The translations under genes were made by a program, and so were the position numbers. Shown here piece after piece: positions 10,761 to 22,900 of a stretch of DNA of 64,000 bases (its first letter is position 1; the number at the start of each line of letters is the position of its first letter). The notes under the pieces are model-generated. The model had not been told where the DNA came from. It worked only from the letters and a program-made list of their open reading frames with translations, and ran no database searches. The stretch comes from Macrostomum lignano (taxonomy: Eukaryota), in assembly GCA_002269645.1 (NCBI GenBank), contig NIVC01003212.1, positions 47,013 through 111,012 of the forward strand, given 5' to 3'.

Positions 10761-12309
10761 ATGGAGCAACTATTTCTGTTCCTGCCGCTACTACTACTAG
10801 CCGCTCCTCAGTTGTCCCTGTCCCAGCTTCAGGCGGAGCTGACCGACAGCTGCTTGGCCTATCAGCGCCAGCTAGCGGCCTTGGCAGCCAACCTCGCCGA
10901 GTGCTCGGCCGAGGCGGCTCGCCCGTTCGCCCTGTGCCACAGATGCGCCGAGGCCTACGCTAGCTGGACTAGGCTGATGAGAGAGCTGGCCGAATATGAG
11001 CAGTGCTCTGAGTACCTGCTGCAGTCAGACAGCGTGCAGGTTGGTCCGACTGGCTCTACTGATGATCATGTAGCTCATTATTTTGTCTTGTGTGGTCAAA
11101 CACAGCATCCGCTGTAATATCTACTAACGTGCTGCAATGCTGTCACATCACATCAGTCTATCACAAGCTTATCTCTGCATCTCTGTCTATCACAAACCTA
11201 CTGCAATATCTCCCTCAAACCCACCGCAATATCTCCCTCAAACCTACTGCAATATCTCCCTCAAACCCACCGCAATATCTCCCTCAAACCTACTGCAATA
11301 TCTCCCTCAAACCTACTGCAATATCATCCTCAAATCCACCGCAATATCTCCCTCAAACCTACTGCAATATCATCCTCAAATCCACCGCAATATCTCACTC
11401 AAACCTACTGCAATATCTCCCTCAAACCCACCGCAATATCTCCCTCAAACCTACTGCAATATCTCCCTCAAACCTACTGCAATATCTCCCTCAAACCTAC
11501 GCAATATCTCCCTCAAACCTACGCAATATCTCCCTCAAACCTACTGCAATATCTCCCTCAAACCTACTGCAATATCTCCCTCAAACCTACTGCAATATCA
11601 TCCTCAAACCTACTGCAATATCTCCCTCAAACCTACTGCAATATCTCCCTCAAACCCACCGCAATATCCCCTTCAATCTAATCAAAATATCTTCATCAAA
11701 CCTACTCCAGTGCCTTATTAGTAAGCCAAGCTGTCTCCCCCGTCACCCCAGACGCTCCTACGCACTCGAGACTTTGCGGACTCGCTGTGGAAGGCGGGCG
11801 GCTGCAAATACTGTCTAACGGAGTCGGGTGGGCCCGGCAACGCCTCCAGCTGGTCCTACCAGCCTGACGTGGCGGAATTCCTGCGCCACGTTGACCAGCT
11901 GCGGGCCTGCTTTGCTAACTACACTCAGTCGCTGATCCTGCCGGTAGTTAGTAAGGCCAGCAGCAGCTCAAACTTGTCTCGTGAAGTCTGCCGCGGCTGC
12001 AAGTCCATCTACCGCGAGCTGAACGAGCGCTTCAAACTACTCGGCCACGATCAGCAGCAGTGCATGGACGCCGTAGACGCTCTAAACGTCTCCCGGCGAG
12101 CCTGGGGCGAGACGTTGCAATGCGATCCTCAGGGCATCAGCCTGCAGCCCGTGCCGCTAATTGTGGCCACCTACCTGGTTGCCGCTCTGTTCTACATTGG
12201 CGCCAGTAGCCAGAAGGTCATTAAAAACCGGCGACTATTGCGCCAGAAACGAGTGCCGCCAAGCAGTCCGACCGCCAGCCAGTCTCTGCAGGGCAGCGTC
12301 GGTGCTTAA
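10761..12309 (+). CDS. OSTM1: Osteopetrosis-associated transmembrane protein 1 (ClC-7 beta subunit), ~278 aa; exons 10761..11039 and 11752..12309
   Basis: Signal peptide, then the Cys pattern C..LAECSAEAARPFALCHRC..CSEYLLQSDSVQ|TL..W..GGCKYC..LRACF..EVCRGCKSIY..CMDAVDALNVSRRAW..C, one TM helix and a basic tail (RRLLRQKR). Phase-0 junction CAG|GTTGGT at 11040 to CCCCAG|11752. Confidence 0.92.
11190..11700. repeat. 23-bp minisatellite (CTCCCTCAAACCTACTGCAATAT) in the OSTM1 intron
   Basis: About 20 tandem copies. Confidence 0.95.
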
Positions 12310-12409
12310 ATAAATCGCAATTTTGTTATAATCACAGGTTTCATTTCTTGCCTGCTGATTGTTCATTTGGTGTCCAGAATTGACTTGATAGTGCACTTAA
12401 TTTTCCCTA

Positions 12410-12815
12410 CCTCATCCACAAGCCGGAATGTACATTTGACTTCTCCCTTCCTTATCTGGAATGTACATTTAGCCTCTCCCTTCCTTACCCGGAGTGTACA
12501 TTTGGCTTCTCCCTTCCTTATCCGGAATGTACATTTAGCTTCTTCCTTCCTTACCCGGAATTTACATTTAGCTTCTTCCTTCCTTACCCTTACCCGGAGT
12601 GTACATTTGGCTTCTTCCTTCCTTACCTAGAATGTACATTTAGCTTCTCCTTCCTTACCCGGAGTGTACATTTAGCTTCTCCTTCCTTACCCGGAGTGTA
12701 CATTTAGCTTCTCCCTTCCTTACCCGGAATGTACATTTAGCTTCTCTCCCTTCCTTACCCGGAATGTACATTTAGCTTCTCCTTCCTTACCCGGAATGTA
12801 CATTTAGCTTTTCCC
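12410..12815. repeat. ~33-bp minisatellite (CTTCCTTACCCGGAATGTACATTTAGCTTCTCC) downstream of the OSTM1 stop
   Basis: About 12 tandem copies. Confidence 0.93.
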
Positions 12816-13992
12816 TTCCACTCCAAAGCTCAAAGTACATTTATTCCCACTTTTTACCCTAAAATTACATTTGGCTTCCATATCGTACCATGTCCATTGT
12901 AACACGAACCACTGAACCATGAGTAAATACAGTATTAACTACTTGATCAGCAATAAACAATTATAAGCACTCAAAAAGCGCCCAAAGCAATCAATCTCCA
13001 CATGCATATTGTTAATCATATCCAGAAGTACACTGCAATCTTTCAGTAGTTATTGTTGTGTACTTTTGTTTATTTTTTACTTTTTATACTCTTCAAGTAA
13101 ATTTCTCTCGTTAGCTGCATTCCACAAACAATTATGCAAACATTACCTTTATTTCTTATCGGTGAACTTGATAATTATAATGATTAAAGTTATATTTCTT
13201 ATCGAGCCAATTTATTGTTTTCTGAAATCAGTTTTTTCCACTGTGCACTAAAATTCAGTTTTAATCAAGTATTTTGTTTGAGTGTTTTTTACCTGTCATT
13301 TTGAGTTCATTGCTATTCTGATTCTATTGTAGAAAAGTGTCTATTTTTGTAACTTGTTTCTTCACAATACAAATTCTATGGATAGTTATTTTTTTTTAGT
13401 AAACTTCCCAGTAACATGATTGAAACAATGTGAAAAAAGTTTTGTTTTCACGTAAAAACAAGGTTATTTCAGTACAGATAACATTAAAATTTGATAAATA
13501 TTGTTCAGTAATATTTTTGCAGTTTATATATAATATAAAATTTGATAAATATTGTTCAGTAATATTTTTGCAGTTTATATATAATATTAATTAGAATATT
13601 TTAATGAATAGTTTAGTTAGCTGATTACGTTTTTAAGTACATGAAAAAAAGAAACCAAAAAAATTGAGGAAATTGGGAGAAAAAACATTCACTTTAAGCA
13701 GTCTGACAGAATCAATTATGTACACTGAACTTTGTGTACACTAAATCATTGGCTAATGTACATTACAACAAGAGCATGAATGTACACTGATTTTTGTTCC
13801 GCTCATCCTCGGGCGGGGGTTACCCCAGGAGCCTAGGAGCATCAATGTACATGTACATTGAATTTCATCCCTCTCTGGCGGACTGTACGCACGATAGGTT
13901 AAGCCAGTTAGTGCCGATTTACTTGTAAGTTAGTAGGGCACCCGGTAATCTCATTGCAGTTAATCTGTTAAGCTTCTTACGCACCAGCATAA

Positions 13993-16900
13993 TCAAATAT
14001 TGATGACAAATGACGCATTTCGGCCAGTTTGCCTGTCTTCGAATCGCAGGTTTACTCGGCTAGGAACATTGGCCGAGGTGATGGCCACACGGTTGTCGTA
14101 GAGCGCATTCGACTGTAGAATGATGCCCAGGGTGCCTGGCGTGTGAAGTGAACCATTTGGATTAATTTAAAGCATTCTGTTCTATAATTACTGTTAAATG
14201 GCATGTAATTACTCACCAATTATGCAAGCAGCTGTGAATATCCACAGGAATAATCTGTCCAACACTGTGGCTACAAATTTCCAGTCTTCACGAACCTGAA
14301 AATTACAATGAACGAATTTAATAGAAGTTGGTGGAATTTTGATAGCGAAACTTGACGCAGCAGTCTATATAGCTAAACTTAAGCTTTCCGTGCACCCACC
14401 TTACTACCTGGCTCTCCATGCACCCACCTCACTCCCTAGCTCTCCGTACACCCACCTCACTCCCTGGCTTTAAGTTGCAACCATCTCACTCCCTGGCTCT
14501 AAATTGGATCCACCTCACTCCCTGATTCTAAAATGCACCGCACCCACCTTAATTGCATCCATCCCCTTCCCTGGCTTTAAGTTGCACTCAACTCACTCCC
14601 TCGACCCTTTTCAAAACACTTAATTTTTTACCGGTATTAAATGTCCACTTGATGTAACCACGCTCTGGTCGCGGGATAGGGCATGGGAACTTTTTCGAAA
14701 GTGCCTCCTATCCCGTGCACCTCCCCTGCACAGAGCTGTCGAGACTCGGCCAGGCCTCCGGCCAGGCCTGGAGACTCCCGCTCTGCTGCACCCTCCTGCT
14801 GCCTTGGCTCCGTCTCCCCTGCCGCCACACCTGCCTTTCCGGAGCTCCCTATCCCTCTCTGTACCCCCCCTCTACCTTATCTCCCCTGCGCTCCACCCTA
14901 GTCTTCTTGTACTTTCCCTATCCCCCCTCTTTTTGTCTCTCTCTGCACTATTTTCCTGCGCTGTCCCCTCTTTCTCTGAGTCTACTTACAGTATTTTGTG
15001 TGCTCACCGACCTCCCATCCTTTCCCAAACTCCCAAACGGTGACGCAAGTCGTGTGACCCCTTCTTCCCCTCGATGACTCATCGATGACTCATCCCCCTC
15101 TCTTGCGCAACCTTTTCTCATGCTATTGTTCTCCTCCCCAAATTTCTCATGCGACACCCACCCCACCTCCGCTTCTATTGTTCTCGTTTTTGATTCTTTT
15201 GTTCTCTCGACCCCCTCCAATTATCACATTTTCTCCGATTTTCTCTTTCTTTTGTTCTCGTTTTCGCACCTAATTATCACCTTTTCCCCAATGTTTGCTT
15301 TTCTATTGTTCTCGATTCTCCCCAATTATCCTCGATTTTTAAATCCTTTGTTATCGACCCCAACCCCATTGTTCTCCATGTTTGCTTGCGCAACACTTTC
15401 GCGACCACCCGCTGCGCCAATTATCCCCCACCCCACCTCCGGATTGCGCAATTTCCCTATTTCTCATGTTGCTATGCCGGTCTCATGTTTCTCATCATGA
15501 CTCATTCTGACGTCATTCGGCCGGCAGCCAATCAGAGAGAGGGAGTCATGGAAACGACCTTGGAGCGGCGGCTGGGAAGGCTATAAAAGGAAGCGGTTTT
15601 CGGCATGAGAATCTTCAACTTTTGCCCACCTTCGGGCTCCTAGTCTTTCTTTAGACTTGCCGTCAGACTGAGTTCTGACCCATTCGACTATAAGACGAAT
15701 CCCTGCCGGTCCGCGGTCTGTTACCGCCAAGTTATCTTCAGCTCCCCAAGTGAGCTCGCCTATCGGCCAGCGGTCTGACACCGCCCAGCATCATCAGCTT
15801 CGCCTGATCTACACCAGCGCCTCGTCGCCTCAGCGCATCGCCGCTTCACTGTCTGCCTGACTGCAGCCTACAGCCGCCCTCGGTCACTCCGCCTCTCTCT
15901 CTCTCTCTCTGTGCAGCTGCCGGTAAGTTCCTATTATTGATTTGTGCTCTAATTGCCTTTGCTTATCCGGAGTTTGCCTATTTTTCCATTGTCTGATTAG
16001 AGAGCTGAGCCAGTTGTAATACCGTACCTTTTGCTGTATTTTTACTCAATAGTGAAGCCGCCTAATTGCCTGATTATTTGCCTAAGGGCCTAATTATTAA
16101 CTATTAACTAACCTCATCATTATTCACTCTTTCACCATCATTTCACTCATGGCTTGCTAAGCCTTTCTCCCGGGGTGGCAAAGCATAGGGAAGTTTGGGT
16201 AAGCTAATGGCCTCTCCCCGTGCAAAGCCCGCCTGTGATTGCGCGCTGCGGGGCCGTGTGTGCGTGCAGTAGAGGGATTAGCGAGTCTTGGCACAGAATG
16301 GCAGTAGGAAGGTTGCAACCCCATGCTGACGCGTCCCTTCGCCCTGAGCAATCTAAACTATAGACAGTACATGTTCGCCTCATACTACTCTTAGTAATCA
16401 AAGTCGCAAGTCAGCCTCGCTCACAGCCACAAAGGATCCCCTGCTGAGAAATCCTCCAGATTGAGCCCAGAGTTCCCGATCATGCCCCAAGCAGAGTCCC
16501 TGTACTCGGCTGCATGTGTCTCCCCTGTTAGCCTAAATCCCCTGGTAACCAATCCAGGTGGGGCTCTAGCCTCGAGAGGTCTGGTAGAAAGATCCAGGTG
16601 CGCCAGGTCACATAGAGTGGTGGCAGCCACTCGGTCATACCATGACCGAGTGACCAACTATTGCACCTTGGCTACAGGTGGGGTCCATGTGGGTCCTTGG
16701 CCCTCTGGTCACAAAGCGCTACCAAAGCTATCAATCATGTGGGCGGGACAGTCTGGTGCTGGAGGTCCGTCAGGTCATTGCCCGGTCATAGGCAGCCTAC
16801 GGTCATTGCCCCCTCTAGTCATGCGTTCGTCTCTCTACGGAGCGGACAGGCGACAAGGGCGGTTACATCACACTCTAAATTTGGCGTTTCGAAGTTTCGT

Positions 16901-19900
16901 TATAAAAATATAATAGCTCGATTTTCTCAGATTGCTCAGACTCAGCAGCGGCAGTCAACAAAAGGCTCTCACGCTCTGATTCTCGTCATCTTTCTTCAAG
17001 TTGGCCGCAATAAAGCGAACGCCGTTAATTGCGTCTCGAATTTTCTGCCGAAGGCTGCCCCGACCGCTTGTCTCGCCGTCGCCGTCGCCGTCGTCTGCAG
17101 CTGGACGTCGCCGAAACTTTTCCCGGCGTTGCCTGGTCATTGCCGAGGTTGTGGAAGATCCAGGCATCAGATTGCCGACTGCAGCAGCCTCGCCCTCGCC
17201 ATCCATCGCTGCGCTAAGGTGGTCAGCCTCGTCAAACTCGCCGACGGCTTCCTCATCGTTGGTGCCAAGAAGCTTATCGCCGTTCGGATCAGCTAGCTGG
17301 CTGTTGCCATAGTAACCAGTTAGAGGGACGTCAACGGCAGCGGCTTCATCGTCGAAGCTCCAGTTCCAGATGGGAGTCTGAAATGAATGGGAAACGTTTT
17401 CTAATAGTTTCGTGTGCGATTTTGCTACTAAAAGTAGCAAAAATAGCGAGGCACTTATTTTACATTTTTTAACTTTTGCGGGCTAAAACTAGAAAATATC
17501 ATCACTTTGGTGCAGGTGGGTGCTAAAGGGATGACGAGCGAGGTGCAAAGCTGGACGAATACTCGTACACCATTTACTAGTGTACGATGTCGGGTCCTGA
17601 TGCTAACAGTAAACACAGCTGGCGCACAAATAATTTCGCAAAATAGCGCATTTTAATTACTAATAATGGGTTCCTTTTTTAATTCCCCCCTTACACTTTA
17701 TACACCCACCTCATTCCTTATACACCAACCTCGCTCTTTATACACCCACCTCGCTCCTTATACACCCACCTCGCTCCTTATAAACCCACCTCACTCCTTA
17801 TACACCCACCTCACTCCTTATACACCCACCTCACTCCTTATACACCCCTTACACTTTATACACCCACCTCATTCCTTATACACCCCTTACACTTTATACA
17901 CCCACCTCATTCCTTATACACCAACCTCGCTCTTTATACACCCACCTCACACCTTATACACCCACCTTACTCCTTATATACCCACCTCGGTCTCTGCCCC
18001 TTTATAAACCAAGCGAACCCTTCTCTTTATTTACTACTTGTACTTGGCATGGAAATTTTCGCGCTTAACTGAAAGCTGAAACACGTCGTACAAAACATTT
18101 CTGTGCTATGTGAATTGCTCTACGAACATTAATACATGCTTGGGTGCACTAGAAACCATGGAGTACCTGCAAAAACTTGATGGTTGTCGCCAGCTGAAGG
18201 TCGTCCTGTTTTCGCGAACGGAGTGTTGAGAGTTTGTGCTCAATATATATATACTATGGGATTAAAGAAAACGAGTGGTTATATCCTGTCTCTTGTCCGC
18301 GCTAGAGTCTGACTTCAACTCCCCCCCCCCACACTTGTCCGAAGTGCCTCGAGCTTCTTTTCCCCAGTCACGTTCGTGACTAGGCGACACACACACACAC
18401 ACCTTGCCGATCTCTACTTCTTTGATTTCTCTCCCGCTCAACTCTGAACTGCTTGGAACTGCCGAGGCGTGTTTAAGTGGCTCAACTAACGACTGCGGTC
18501 TTTCTGCTTTTTTTCTGTATCAATCAATCTCTGAGTTAGTTTTTAGCGAAATCTTCTACGAGAGTAGCAAGTCCTTGGCTTAAATTGCGTGATCCAGTAA
18601 AGACAGAATTCGACTTTCTTAGATAATAAAACAGGAGTAAAATTTAGAGTCAGTGGCCGATCTACGAGCGTAAAGGGGAAAACATGCAATCTAGGGGGGG
18701 GGTCAATGGAGGTCAGATGACCCCCGATCTAGGACTGACGCTTGCCTCAAACTCTCCATCATCGTTCTCGTTTGGCCTCCGCATGCACAGCAGTCGCGGC
18801 AGGTGGCCTAGGAACAGTTTTCGAACCCAGGGCGACATCTCGTGCGTGTCCGGGCCGCGAAAGTGCACGTTGAGCACCACGACAGTGATGATGATGGACA
18901 GCGTCACCAGGATCATGGTGAACAGCAGGTACTTGCCAATCAGCGGCACCACTAGCGATGTTGGCGGAATGATTTCGGCCAGCAGCAAGAAAAACACCGT
19001 CAGAGCCAGCAGAATCGAGATTGACAGGCTGATCTTCTCGCCGCTCTCCGATGGCAGGTAGAAGACCGTCACGGTCAGGAATGAGATGCTCACGCACGGG
19101 ATGATCAGGTTCACCGCGTAGAACAGGGTCTTGCGCTTCAGCAGGATGTTGAAGGTCACGTCTGGCGACGGGAGTAAGGATTAGCTGGGATCTGTGAATC
19201 TGGGATCTGAGGATCTGTGATCTGAGGATCTGGGATCTGAGGATCTGGGATCTGAGGAATCTGGGATCTGAGGATCTGTAATCTGAGGATCTGGGATCTG
19301 AGGATCTGGGATCGGAGAATCTGGGATCTGTCGATCTGGGATATGAGGATCTGGGATCTGAGGATCTGGGATCGGAGAATCTGGGATCTGTCGATCTGGG
19401 ATATGAGGATCTGGGGTCTGAGGATCTGAGGATCAGGGATCTGAGGATCTGGGATTTGAGGATCTGGGATCTGAGGATCTGGGATCGAAGGATCTGGAAT
19501 TTGAGGATCTGGGATCTGAGGATCTGGGATTGGAGGATCTGGGATCTGAGGATCTGAGGATCTGGGATCTGAGGATCTGGGATCGAAGGATCTGGAATTT
19601 GAGGATCTGGGATCTGAGGATCTGAGGATCTGGGATCTGAGGATCTGGGATCTGAGGATCTGAGGATCTGGGATCTGAGGATCTGAGGATCTGGGATCTG
19701 AGGATCTGAGGATCTGGGATCTGAGGATCTGGGATCTGAGGATCTGGGATCGAAGGATCTGGAATTTGAGGATCTGGGATCTGAGGATCTGGGATTGGAG
19801 GATCTGGGATCTGAGGATCTGAGGATCTGGGATCTGAGGATCTGGGATCGAAGGATCTGGAATTTGAGGATCTGGGATCTGAGGATCTGGGATTGGAGGA

Positions 19901-22900
19901 TCTGGGATCTGAGGATCTGAGGATCTGGGATCTGAGGATCTGAGGATCTGGGATCTGAGGATCTGGGATCGGAGAATCTGGGATCTGAGGATCTGGGATC
20001 TGGGGATCTGGGATCTGAGAATCTGGGAGTTTCACTCACCTGGAAACGGCTCCACGCAGCAGGGATAATAGATGTCGTCCCGGATGGCGGAGAACTGCAG
20101 AATATCCCATTCGCCGCTGGGATAATATTCGGACAGATCCACCGCATAGTCCACCGTCACCCGGCCGGACATGTTTCTTACCGATTTTGATTTTTGCACA
20201 ATATGCTGCAGATCGACTGTAATTATTTGATAAAGCAGGAAAGCTGAATACTTGCTAGTGAATTAGATTAATAAAGTGTAAACAACTTTACCTTTGTGCC
20301 CATCGTAGGTCCAGCTGCCAAACTTCATCGTGCAGTTCTGCTCGTCGAATGGAAAAAATTCCACATTAATCTGGCAGGAGCTTTTGTACACTGCCGGCGG
20401 CACCCACCGGACGGTGCCGTCTGAGAACACCGTGGCCTTGGTCATGATCACCAGCTCGTATTTTCCGTCGGCACTGATAGAAAATTAGAAAACTCATTTT
20501 TAAATCTTTTACCGCATCAATTATAGTCATGTTGAAATACAGCGGGCTTTAATGTACACTTTTTATTTGCTCAGTCGAAAAATCAAATGTACATTAATGT
20601 CCCTCCATTAAGCACCCACCTCATGCCCTGGCTTTTCAGAACTATGACTATGCCCTCTAAAGCACCCACCTCACGCCCTGGCTTTTCAGAACCCTCACTC
20701 TGCCCTCCAAAGCACCCAACTCACGCCCTGGCTTTTCAGGACCCTCACTCTCTCTGCCCCCCCCCCAAAGCACCCACCCCACGCCCTGGCTTTTCAGGAC
20801 CCTCACTCTCTCTGCCCCCCCAAAGCACCCACCCCACGCCCTGGCTTTTCAGGACCCTCACTCTCTCTGCCCCCCCAAAGCACCCACCCCACGCCCTGGC
20901 TTTTCAGGATCCTCACTCTCTCTGCCTCTCTAAACACCCACCTCACGCCCTGGCCTTTCAGGACCCTCACTCTGCCCCCCCCCCCAAAGCACCCACCTCA
21001 CGCCCTGGCTATTCAGGACCATCACTCTCTCTGCCCCTCTAAACATCCACCTCACGCCCTGGCCCTTTAGGAACCTCACTCTGCCCCCCCCCCAAAGCAC
21101 CCACCTCACGCCCTGGCTATTCAGGACCATCACTCTCTCTGCCCCTCTAAACATCCACCTCACGCCCTGGCCCTTTAGGAACCTCACTCTCTACGCCTTC
21201 GAGGTCTCCAAGAGTTGGACCAGTGGCAATAATAAAAAACCTGCTCCACTTGACTGACTTGTTATACAGCACGATATCCGGTAGCCAGAGCTTGTCAGAC
21301 GGAATATACAGCCGGCTAACGCCGCCGTAGTCAGCCGGATCCCACACCAGATTGGCATCTCTCCATTCCTGTCAATCGGATTTCGCGCTGCTCCAGTTTC
21401 ACAGAAATTGGAAATAACGATGAAAGCAAAATTTCGAGTTTACTTACCTGCTCGACCCAAACATTTGTAGTAATTATCTGGTTCTTCTCATCCTAAATAT
21501 AGGTGTAAAGTATTGTGCAGTCGTACATTATATTTAAAATATGTATTTCAGTAGTATAGTCTTTCTCAAAAGTTGTCTAATCTAATCTCACTAGTTATCT
21601 ATTCTCACTAGTTATCTAATCTCGCCAGTTATCTAATCTCGCTAGTTCTCTAATCTTACTAGTTATCTAATCTCACTAGTTATCTAATCTCACTAGTTAT
21701 CTAATCTCGCTAGTTCTCTAATCTTACTAGTTATCTAATCTCACTAGTTATCTAATCTCACTAGTTATCTAATCTCACTAGTTATCTAGTTTCACTAGTT
21801 ATCTAATCTCGCTAGTTATCTAATCTCACAAGGTTTATATTCTCAGAAGTTATCGAATCTCATTAGTTACCTAGTCTCACTAGTAGTTATCTAATCTCAC
21901 TAGTTATCTAATCTCGCTAGTTCTCTAATCTCGCTAGTTCTCTAATCTCACTAGTTACCTAGTCTCACTAGTTATCTAATCTCACTAGTTATCTAATCTC
22001 ACTAGTTATCTAATCTCACTAGTTATCTAGTTTCACTAGTTACCTAGTCTCACTAGTTATCTAATCTCACTATAAGGTCAGTCTCGCTGTTTATCTACAT
22101 CATATTATTATAAATAATTTTTAACAATAAGTAAGAAATGGAGTGACTAGATTACAGCAAGTTTTTTAGCAAGCCCAGCCCCATTGAAAAGCACAAGTCC
22201 CTAAATAGACTGTCCAGCTAGATAAATAGGTTAGTTCTTGGATTCCAATTTACAAGCGAAAAAAATCTATCCAATATCCCACCCATACAAATCGATTATT
22301 GCGTGAGTAAAAACTTCTAACTACAGAAAAAGCTTTCCTTCATACATGACTAACTTTGTTGTGACGAGAAGAAAAACAGAGACTGTGCGGGTTGCCGCCT
22401 TACAAAATAAGTCCAAACTCTGACCTGACCCACTCGGCCCTGCCCCCCCCCCCTCCTCAATATATTGATTTCTATCCCAGCAGGCCACTTAGCGAAGGAA
22501 GCTGGAGAGAGAGAGAGAGAGAGAGGCGAGATTCAAACTCGATGTTCTGTCAGCGGCCGTTGAAACAGGGGATGCTGGGGGTCAGCAAGGCTGGAAGGCG
22601 ATTAAACTGGTGGGGGGGGGAGAAATGAATTTGGGATCTCAGGAGCTGTCCTCGGGCTGCTGCTTGCACTGGGCGAAGGGAGAGAAAAAGAGAGAGAGAG
22701 AGAGAGAGAGACGGACCACTTTGTCTGGCTACCTCTTCTTGTTAGGCAACTTTTTCGTCTCTTAAAAATGCTGGTCGAATAACCGAGTGAGCCGGTGGGA
22801 AGCCAACTCATTCGATTCGATTCGATTCTGGCGAGCATCTCCAAGTTTTTTGTATCAAATTTTTTTAGGGACAAGCAAAGTAGATTTGAGCCAGTAGAGA

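Noticed and set aside
13485-13585. ~50-bp direct duplication in AT-rich DNA
   Set aside because: An ordinary two-copy slippage duplication with no further structure.
16157-16913. Short ORFs inside the LTR-like element as gag or env remnants
   Set aside because: No recognisable retroelement motifs in any frame.
18759-20147. 462-aa ORF apparently fusing nAChR sequence to SDPR repeats
   Set aside because: Read-through of a repeat-filled intron. Canonical splice sites at 20039 and 19162 restore the normal receptor frame.
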